From the NCBI GenBank assembly GCA_965153285.1, contig OZ229129.1: a DNA stretch of 64,000 nt; one strand, 5' to 3'. The DNA comes from Podarcis tiliguerta (taxonomy: Eukaryota). Shown one piece after another: positions 53,696-64,000 of this stretch; positions within the stretch are counted from its first letter, which is position 1, and each line of letters opens with the position of its first letter. A program made the translations under genes and the position numbers. A model generated the notes under the pieces. It was given only the letters and a program-made list of their open reading frames with translations, ran no database searches and was not told the origin of the DNA.

Positions 53696-56600
53696 CTTAG
53701 CAATTGAGAATATTTGTTAGGAAAGCAGCAGCAGAGATAACCTCCCCTCCTCCCCTTATCTTCACTTATTTGCTTCCATTTAAAGGGGGGAAGTGAAGCA
53801 TGCATGTGTGAAAAGCAATGTTGTCCAATGAAATTTGACATTGTGTCACACCAGGCCCACAGATTTTTGAAGAAAAATTCAATGGTGCATACCGGGCTAT
53901 TAACCTGTGTGTAGTTCAGATTCTGCAGTTTGATTGCCCCCAAATGGCAGAAAATGCAGAGTGCTCTGTGTCAGAGCTGGCCCACACCTCCTTGCAGGCA
54001 TGTCTTAAACTTTAAGACCATGGGGCTCCAACCATTTGTGCCATATGACCAAGTAAGGCATCTTTCTAACTGCAGCAGCCCCATTTCCTTTGTAAATGAT
54101 GGAAAAAACACAGTTCCATGGCAAAACAAGTTCTTTGTGAAAGATTCCGGGCTATTATCCTGCTCAACCCTACTGTAGATCACCTAATGAAATCTTTCGG
54201 CCAAATATCTAATGACATCCCCAAAGACAAGAAAAATCTACTGCTTTACACAACAACAGCTGCCAGAATATTGATTGCAAAAAAACTGGAAGGTGGAGAA
54301 AATCCCATCACTATCAGAATGGCAAAACAAACTCGGTGAGTTTGCAGAAACAGCAAAATTGACGGCAATTATTAGAGGCCACTCAAATCAGAGAATACTT
54401 AGAGACTGGGATGGAGTGAAGGAATACATGAAAAAATGAAATACATGAAAAGCAATGTTGTCCAATGAAATTTGATACTGTGTCATTCCAGGCCCACAGA
54501 TTTTTGAAGAAAAATTCAATGGTGCATAGCGGGCTATCAGCCCGTGTGTAGTTCAGATTCTGCAGTTTGATTACACCCAAATGGCAGAACTTTCAGACTG
54601 CTGAGATTATACTGTGCTGGAGATATAAAGAAGGACTTTCAATTTGCAGTGTCACATTTAACTTGCCTTAAAAAGTGGAGAGAGAAATCTAGTATTTGCA
54701 CTTAGCAAAAAATGAAAAGATAAGAAATGGGGGGGGCGGTGAAAAGAGGAAACCCAATCGAGGGAAAATTGTGCATGTCCTGCAACTTTGTATAACAATA
54801 GCTTAAAAACTTGTAAGTGGCTTATCAATAAAGAAAGGAAAAAAGAATATCTTTTCTTTACCTTCTGGTAAGAAACCATTCTAATATTCTATGTGTAAAA
54901 AGTCTCTGTATCATATTGTAATTTGGATTTTTTTAATTAATTAAGACAACAACCTCATGCACTCTCCCAAAAAAGAACAAGAAAGAATTTAAACAGCTTT
55001 TTCCTGCCGCTCTCATTCACTATGTTGAGTGTTGTGAGTGTGGTGGCTTGCATTGCCTTGGTCCGCCTCTCAGGGACCATCCAGTAGAGGGTGGGACAAG
55101 CCATTCCTTGGACCTCCACCAGGATGCAGGAGGAGTCCTCCAACCACCATTGCTCTTCCAGTAGGGGAGAGTAGTGGATCCGGGTGCGCGTGAGTGGCAG
55201 GGGCTCCTGAGACCTCTAGTCGTCTTTCGAATGGACAATGTTGTAACAGAGCTTTATCGAATATGAATGCTGGTCTCTATGATCCCTATTGATAGTTATT
55301 ATGATTTCTTCATTCAGTGAGACTTGAAAATAAAGATATTTTTCACATCCAAAAAAAACAAGAATAAGAAAAACATTTGGATTTTCATTCTGTCTGCAAA
55401 AGGAGAGAAGAAAGATGCAGTGCTTCATCAGGCACAGTCATTAGAGAGATTCATTCAGGGATTAATTAACAAAAAAGAAGAGGGGATCCTAACAGCCAAA
55501 GAGTCTGCATCATACTACTGTTTGACTCGTGTTTCGCAATCCTTTCGTGTGCCTGTTCCTCTCTGAAAAGCTTAGTACAAAAAATAAAAAAGCTTAGTAC
55601 AAAAAAAAAAGTTTATATTGTGGGTGTTCACCTTTGTTGGTGCGTTGTTCAATGGCCTGACACTGCTGCAACTGGCTCCGATTTCGCTCTTCACTAAATT
55701 TTTCGGATGACCCAGACCTTTTCTCAAAAGGGGCTGGAAGAGGAAGAACCGCTGGAATACCGAGATGAAGAGGAGGAGGAAGAAGAGGAGTACGACAAGA
55801 TTGGTAACCACAGAATGCTTTCCAGTATTGAAGTTATAACAGATGCATTCTGACAAAACGAAAAGCTTAGTAGAAAAAAGAAAGTTTATGGTTTGGGTGT
55901 TCGCCTATGTGGGTGCCTTGTTCAATGGCCTGACACTGCTGCAACTGGCTCCGATTTCACTCTTCACTATTCCCCTTCTTAATGAAAAGCACCAGGTGGA
56001 AACTGACCATTCTTGTGAACCAGAATCTCAGAAATGCACTGGCAAAAGTCCCAAGTTAAACCCAGGGATGAAGCGCAAACCTCAACCCCTCGAGTCAAGT
56101 TCTATAGTCAGTGCAAATCTTTGCTACTGCAATTGTAGCATTGTTCTTTTTAAAATATAAAATTGCAGGTTTTCCCACAGTTTCTGTACGTACATCAGCT
56201 ACATGTACACTTCTCCCTCTTTCTACACCAGGATTGTCTTACAAACACACCATCAGGTGGTACAGCCACACAACTCAAACACTGCAATTAAAGAACTCCT
56301 GTCAAGACACTTCTGAAGTGGCCTGCAAGTATTTCACTGAACTGCCAGTGCCCACTTTTGGATCAATGGGCACCTCCGGAAAGTGTGCAATTCCAGAAAG
56401 GCCATGAACCCAGTGTGATCCAGCAGCAGCTCCTATGCAGCCGCCTGCTGTCACTTGGATCAGAGACAAGACAACATACAAGAAAAAGGTGTTTGCAACT
56501 GAGAACATTGGCTGGAACGTGGTGGGTGGGTGTGGTTGTCTGTCTTCCCAGGCTCCTTATGCTCCCCATTTACTCCTCCTTGCCCTACAACTCTCCTCAT

Positions 56601-57147
56601 AACAGGTTTCCAAACAAATAAACAACTTTTAACCAAGAGGAAGGAGACAGAATGATTGGCAACTCAAATTAGAGCAAACTAGAGCAAAATACTGTTTTTT
56701 TAAACCACATCTTAAGCCAGCCTATGGGACCAGACTATTAATTTGGCTCAGGGTGCATGTTGCCAAGTGGGACATGTGACAGATTTGGATGAACACATCC
56801 AGGTCACATTGAGAAACTTGACCACACAGTGCCAAGGAAATGGGTCTGGCCAGAGAGGCAAAGATGGAGGAGAAATTGGAATGTTAATTACCCACCCCCC
56901 AAAAAAACCTGGGGCAAACTGGTGGAGACGATAGAGGTGGGGAAGCTACAAATATTATTGGAAAACACAGATAATTAAATGCATTCCCATGTAGGTTGAA
57001 TCCTGGCCATGGGGGCTCAATCCACCCAATATTGAGAAGGCCAACATCTCCCTTTGGGTTGTTGTCATGGGGAAGCAAATGACATCCACCATCAGCTGCA
57101 AGACACACACCATAGGTAGCCGAGCAGGACATGCGACAGATGTGGAA

Positions 57148-58600
57148 GGCCTGAGAATATATTATGATGCAGCATGCTTTAGTTGGATCAGAGACTGGAT
57201 TAAGTTAGATAATAATGACATTTTAGACTTGGAGGGATGGAACAACAGATACGATTGGCATGCCTATCTAATTTACAACAAAGTGGCGGTACATAAAGAA
57301 TTTCTAAGTCATGTAATTAGAAATTCATTATATAAGGTCTGGGTGAGACATAGAAGGCTGTTAGAACAGAAAACCGCATGGTGGGTCTCACCGTTAGAAA
57401 TAATATCGGTTAAAAAGAAAAATACGATCGGAAGAATGGCGACATACCAGGCACTCCTAAAAGAGGAACAGGGCCAATTAAAACTAAGACCATATGAAAA
57501 GGTTACCCAATACTGCACCACGTGGTTGCAATATCACCAAATTGCCCAAATATTCAATCAGGATAAAGAAATAGGATTTGAAAAAGAAGAATGAAATTAC
57601 AAAAAGTATTATTACAAAACTCAAAAAAGGATATATCCAAAATGTATAATTTATTATTAGAATTGGAGTTAAAGGATGAAGAAGTAAAGCAAGTTATGAC
57701 TAAATGGGCATGTGATATAGGATACGTAATTTGGCTGGACCAATGGGAGATATTATGGAAATGGGATATTAAATTTACGGCATGTTATACAATCAGAGAA
57801 AATTTCATGAAAATGGTGTACCAATGGTACTTAACTCGGGTAAAATTGGCTAAAATTTACAAATTAAAATCAAATACTTGCTGGAGATGCAAAAAAGAAA
57901 TAGGAACAATGTTTCACATGTGGTGGGAATGCTGACCTATTAAACAATTCTGGAATGAAATTTATGAAGAAATCAAAAAGATGTTTAAAATATTTTTCAG
58001 TCAAAAACTGGAGGCATTCCTTTTAGGTATAATCACAAACAATATTCCCGACAATCAAAGGAAAGTATTCCTTTATGCAACGACAGCTGCCAGGATGCTT
58101 AGAGCAAAATACTGGAAAGGGAGAAAAATTCCATCAATGAAAGAATGGCAATTTAAAATTTGTGAATATATAAATCTGGCAAGACACACAGCATTCATAA
58201 GGGAGCAATCGGACCAGAAATTATTAAAAAAATGGGGATCTGCTAAAGAGTATATGAAAAAACACTGTTCTGGAGTAAGCATATAGGTATTTAATGAATG
58301 ATGCTTTACAGGGTTAAAGAAAAAGAAAAATGCTATTAAAAAGTACAAATATGGAAGTAATCTACATTAGACACAACAATACAGTAAGAGTAAAAATTTT
58401 GAGGTCCTAGAACAAAGGAAGGAAGTCAATATGTGTATATGTATGTATTGATTAGATTAGAATGATGATATGGTTTTATTTGTAGATGTATGCTTTTTGT
58501 CTTGCTTTTTTACTTTGTTTTTCTTTCTTTTTTGTATACTTTGTTTTTCTTTCTTGTTTATACAGTATTATTTTGGATTTAATATTTGTAATTTTTTTTA
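57148..58600 (+). mobile_element. 5'-truncated L1 (ORF2 C-terminal third with CCHC knuckle, plus 3' UTR), frameshifted
   Basis: LRIYYDAACFSWIRDW..., CWRCKKEIGTMFHMWWEC, FLYATTAARML; T-rich 3' UTR. Confidence 0.9.
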
Positions 58601-59100
58601 CAAAAGCATAGGTCTCTCATGAGACTGCTTGTTGAGATTGCAGTTCTTCAAGGGTTAATGCTATTGTGCCTTACTTGTAATGCTATTTAAAGATATATTT
58701 ATTTTGAAAGTTGTACTATGCTGCACTCTAAAGAAAACAACTTTAAATATGAAACTGTAAAATTATGTATTCATCTCATGGTATAAGTTATTTAGTAGGT
58801 TTAGCTACAGTATATGAAATATTAACTTAATCAACTGAAATGCTGACATGGTTTTATTTAAATTCTGTTAGTACTCTTTTTATAAGGGTACTTTCAATAC
58901 TTTTTTTTAAGGTTTTGATCTTTAAAATGCTAGTTTATGCAATGATTTTGCATTGAAATGCTGCAGAGCTTCAAACAATGTTTCTAAACCAATAAACAAA
59001 ACATAAATAAAAAGTTTTGTTCATGGTAACATTAGCATTGTATACAGAAACAATGGGTTTCTTTCATATCTTGAAGTATTGGTTTATTTAAGGTAGTTGT

Positions 59101-59185
59101 ACCTTGAGCTTGTTTGGAGGTTCTAGCAGGGGAGCGCAGCTATCGTATACCCTTGATCGAAGAAGGGTACACTCCTATCTGGGAT
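59101..59185 (-). pseudogene. RN7SK: 7SK snRNA fragment (3'-truncated; 5' part runs into the N gap)
   Basis: The reverse complement ...tcttcgatcaagggtatacgatagctgcgctcccctgctagaacctccaaacaagctcaaggt matches vertebrate 7SK TCTTCGGTCAAGGGTATACGAGTAGCTGCGCTCCCCTGCTAGAACCTCCAAACAAGCTCTCAAGGT. Confidence 0.9.
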
Positions 59186-59334
59186 NNNNNNNNNNNNNNN
59201 NNNNNNNNNNNNNNNNNNNNNNNNNNNNNNNNNNNNNNNNNNNNNNNNNNNNNNNNNNNNNNNNNNNNNNNNNNNNNNNNNNNNNNNNNNNNNNNNNNNN
59301 NNNNNNNNNNNNNNNNNNNNNNNNNNNNNNNNNN
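59186..59334. other. Assembly gap (149 N)
   Basis: Read directly. Confidence 1.
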
Positions 59335-59993
<659 letters not shown>

Positions 59994-62900
59994 TGAAAAG
60001 CTCAAAGCAGCTAACAAAAAATCAAACCATGATTTAGCAATTGAGAATGTTTGTTAGGAAAGCAGCAGCAGAGATAACCTCCCCTCCTCCTCTTTATTTA
60101 TTTGCTTCCATTTTAAGGGGGGAAGAGAAGCATGCATGTGTGAAAAGCAATGTTGTCCAATGAAATTTGATATTGTATCACATCAAGAAAAATTCAATGG
60201 TGCATAGCGGGCTATCAGCCCGTGTGTTCAGATTCTGCAGTTTAATTGCACCCAAATGGCAGAACATTCAGAGTGCTCCTTCCAAGCATGTCTTAAACTT
60301 TAATACCATGGGGCTCCAACCATTTGTGCCATATGACCACGTAAGGTATCTTTCCAACTGCTGCAGCCCCATTTCCTTTGTAAAAGATGGAAAAAACACA
60401 GTTCCATGGCAAAACAAGTTCTTTGTAAAAGATTTCGGGCTATTATCCTGCCCAACCCTGCTGTAGATCACCTCATGAAAGCTTTTGGCTAAATATCTAA
60501 TGACATCCCCAAAGCAAAGAAAAATCTACTCCTTTACACAACAACAGCTGCCAGAATATTGATTGCCAAAAAACTGGAATGGGGAGAAAATCCCATCACT
60601 ATCAAAATGGCAAAACAAACTTGGTGAGTTTGCAGAAACGGCAAAATTGGCGGCAATTATTAGAGGCCACTGAAATCAGAGAATACTTAGAGACTGGGAT
60701 GGAGTGAAGAAGTACATGAAAAGATACGGTTCCGGAATTGAAATATTCATAGAGAATGTGTAAAACATGCAGGGGTAAGCAAGAAAATAATAGAATCAAC
60801 TGAATAATTATTAAATTATAACAACACAAAAAGATGGAAGTAAAATATTGAGATCACACATGGGTGAAGGGGAGAGGGGGCATATGGGAACCTATAATAT
60901 CATTTTTAATATAATTTGTTGATTGTGTTGTATTTACATACAACAAATGGAAGCCTAGAGTATTTAGATATATTTTAATTTAGGTAATCGATGTAATAGG
61001 CTTATGTTAGAAAATGAATATAGATTTTGAACTTGATCTTTGTAAAAAAAAAATTTGGTTTTTAAAGAAAAAAGAAAAAGAAACCATTTGCAGCCACTCG
61101 AATCATCCAGCAAGTGATCCACAAGAGTCATTAGGGAGGTGCATTCAGGGATCAATTAACAAAAAAGTGGAGGGGATCCTAACAGCCAGACAGGGTGCTC
61201 TGCTTGGAAAGCAGCAAAGAGATGGCTGCTCCGTCCCTTCCTTCCTTCTTCTTCTTCTGCTGCTGCTAATGAGACCTGAAGCAAAGCAGGACGAGTTCCC
61301 GGCTTCATCATCGGTGCAATCTGCAAAAGGGCGGTTTCCACAGCCCCCCACTATCCCACCGCCTTCCTCTATGCTAGGTAAATATAGTTACAGGATTTCC
61401 CACAGTTTCTGTACAGACATCAGCTACATGAACGCTTCAGCCCTCTTCTATAGCAAGATGGATTGCCTTGCAAACACACCAATAGGTGGTACAGCGACAC
61501 AGTTCACACCCTGCCCTAAATGAACTTTTCAGTTACTGCACACACTCCAAATTTGCGGAGGATGCACCTGTGTTATTCGCAGCCAGGTATCCCAAAACCC
61601 CTCAACCCAAGTCTCCCTTCTCTTTTTCTGCACCCAGATTCAATCCCTTGCCAACACCTTACCAGAAGATGCAGCCACACAACTCAGACCTTATATAAAC
61701 CATGAATTGAATATAAATATCTCCTGGAACCTACAAGCCCTTGGTGCATTTCACACATTGAAGCCTTTGCCGTTAAGAAGAAAAAAATGAAGGGAATTTG
61801 GGCAACATATAAAATGTTATTGGGGGGGGGAATAATACATTCAGAGGAAAGGACTTTGACATCCATATATATTTCACAGGCTGGCTCCAATACTTCCAAC
61901 TGAATGAAAGACAAGGAAAATAGGGTTTGCTGGAGAAATATCAAAACTAAAGGGAACTCTAATCGAGCCTAAATGAAAATATCTATCTAAAATGTATAAT
62001 CTGCTCCACAATTCACACTCTGCCATCAAAGAACTTTTGCCTCACTTAAAACGCTCAACCTTTTCTGAGGATGCACACCTCAGAACACAAAGGGACAGCG
62101 GAAGCTAAAAGGACAGGCCAGTGACTTCTGTCTTGCAAGTAAATTTTTCGGATGACCCAGACCTTTTCTCAAAAGGGGCAGAAGAGGAAGAAAGGTGGAG
62201 GAGACAATGGAATGTTAATACCCCCCTCCAAATCTGGGGCAAACTGGTTGAGACGATAGCAGTCGGGAAGCTATGTAGAAAATCTTATTTTCTATAAGCC
62301 CCCGATTTTTCCCCAGCATAACTAATTTTTATTTGGCTTTGGCTTTCTGTGAATTTAATTACCCAAAGTGTATTTCTACATATATAGCAGGAGACCAAAA
62401 CACTGGAAAGAAAATAAAGTCTTGAAGAGACTCGTAAATTAATTGTGATGCCTATGTTGGATTTCTATTTCTTTTGTTGAGTCAGAGTACTACAATCAAG
62501 TGCTAGCATATAACTTAGGATGCTTCTAGATTCCATATTCTGTTTTTTGTGAAGCTCATTGTGTTTAACACAATGTGACAAATCAGGTAAAAACTGTTAA
62601 CCTTTTTTTTCCCCTGGTGCTGTCAGAGTGTATGCTTTTGCACATTTGAAGTGCAGTCTGAAAGCAAATTATGTATATAATAAATTACCCTCCCCCCTCC
62701 AAATCTGGGGCAAACTGGTGGAGACAATAGCGGTGGGGAAGCTACAAGAATTATTGGAAAACACAGATAATAAAATGCATTCCCCTCTGGGTTGAATCCT
62801 GGCCATGGGGGGCTCAATCCTCCCAATATTGATGGGGCCAACATCCCCCGTTGGGTTTTTGTTATGGGGAAGCTACAAGAATTTTGGGGGAAAGGAGTTT

Positions 62901-64000
62901 GCAAAACAACTAAAGTCCCAAGTTAAACCCAGGGTGAAGCGCAACCTCAACCCCTCAAGTCAAGTTCAGAGCCGATGGCCCAGCCGAGGGGAATGGAGCT
63001 TTCGCCTGGCCAAGCAATCGAGTGGGTGCCGGATTGTACCCAGGGAGGATTCCTATGTCGGGAAAAGTATCCCCGTGTGGGTCACTCCATTGATGCAGCC
63101 CTGCGGACTAGACAGGAGGAGTATGACTACAAGGGACCACCGCGATGACCAAGGGAGGTTTGGGAAGAGGACGACTATCGAGAGCTGGAGCGCCCACCCC
63201 AGGAAAGTTGCCGATCAACGATGTATCGACTGCCTAGTGCAGCCTGGGTTTACTCGCCAGAAAGGTCTTGGAAGCCCCGCGGGCCAGTTCGGTGGTATGA
63301 GGAAGAGGAGGGGTACGGGCAGCATCCCAGACGCTCTTACGAAGGGCAGGAATCTCAGCGTCCAGATGGAAGAGCTCCGAGTTATCGCCCTGCCCCAAGA
63401 TACAGCTATGGCCAAGAGCCACAAGATGTGGTTCCAAGGAGCATTACACGTGAGTTTACCCTGAGGGATTTTGACTTACGTCATTTCCCTGCATGTAACC
63501 CCCCCCCCCCCATGCATGTCCTGAGCTATCTGACTTTATTAGAACTAACCTGCCGGGAACTGGAGCTCCCCTCAAGACTGTATATGTCTATTCTGAGGGC
63601 GTTGATTGGTGGGGAGTTGGAGGATCTCATGGGCCATCTTCCTTTGTCCCACGCGCTAGACTATGAACCGTATAAACACCTTGTTTTTAAAAAATATTGG
63701 GTTGTGAATGCCATCAACCTAGTGTGATCCACAGTAGCTCCTATACAGAAGTCTGCTGTCACTTAGATCAGTGACTAGGCGCCATGCAAAAGAAAGGGTT
63801 TGCAACTGTGATTATAGTATTCACCTTTTAAAATATAAACATTGCAAGTTTTTGCAGTTTCTGTATGGACATCAGCTATATGTATAAATAAATCATCACC
63901 AACATCTTTATACCCCACCCATTGGGATGGCTTTCCCAAGGGACTCTGGGGGGCTTACAGCATATCTAAAAACATCCAGCATTAAAAATCTCCTGATACA

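Overview
Vertebrate genomic DNA, most likely a squamate (lacertid-like) lizard, inferred from a tRNA-derived SINE and L2/L1 signatures. No intact multi-exon host gene is present. Almost the whole 64 kb is a repeatedly duplicated, shuffled mosaic of 50-1500 bp modules. Host-derived modules are fragments of RNAs: ID3 (near full-length mRNA, 4 copies plus a deleted derivative), RTN4 (two lineages), the SHROOM3 3' end, the FAM110B 5' end, the VIM 3' end, a B-box/PRY-SPRY TRIM and 7SK; where the fragment spans known exon boundaries it is intronless. These are joined to fragments of L1 ORF2, Gypsy gag and integrase, copia RT, a probable ERV env/PPT/LTR and L2. All recognised protein-coding host fragments and most retroelement fragments lie on the + strand. 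Junctions often show short microhomology and short tandem duplications, which suggests serial template switching. On top of this are block duplications with offsets of about 34.9 kb, 12,333 bp and 6,726 bp. There is one 149-nt N gap. Gene identities come from my recall of the vertebrate proteins and RNAs, not from database searches, and most module boundaries are approximate.
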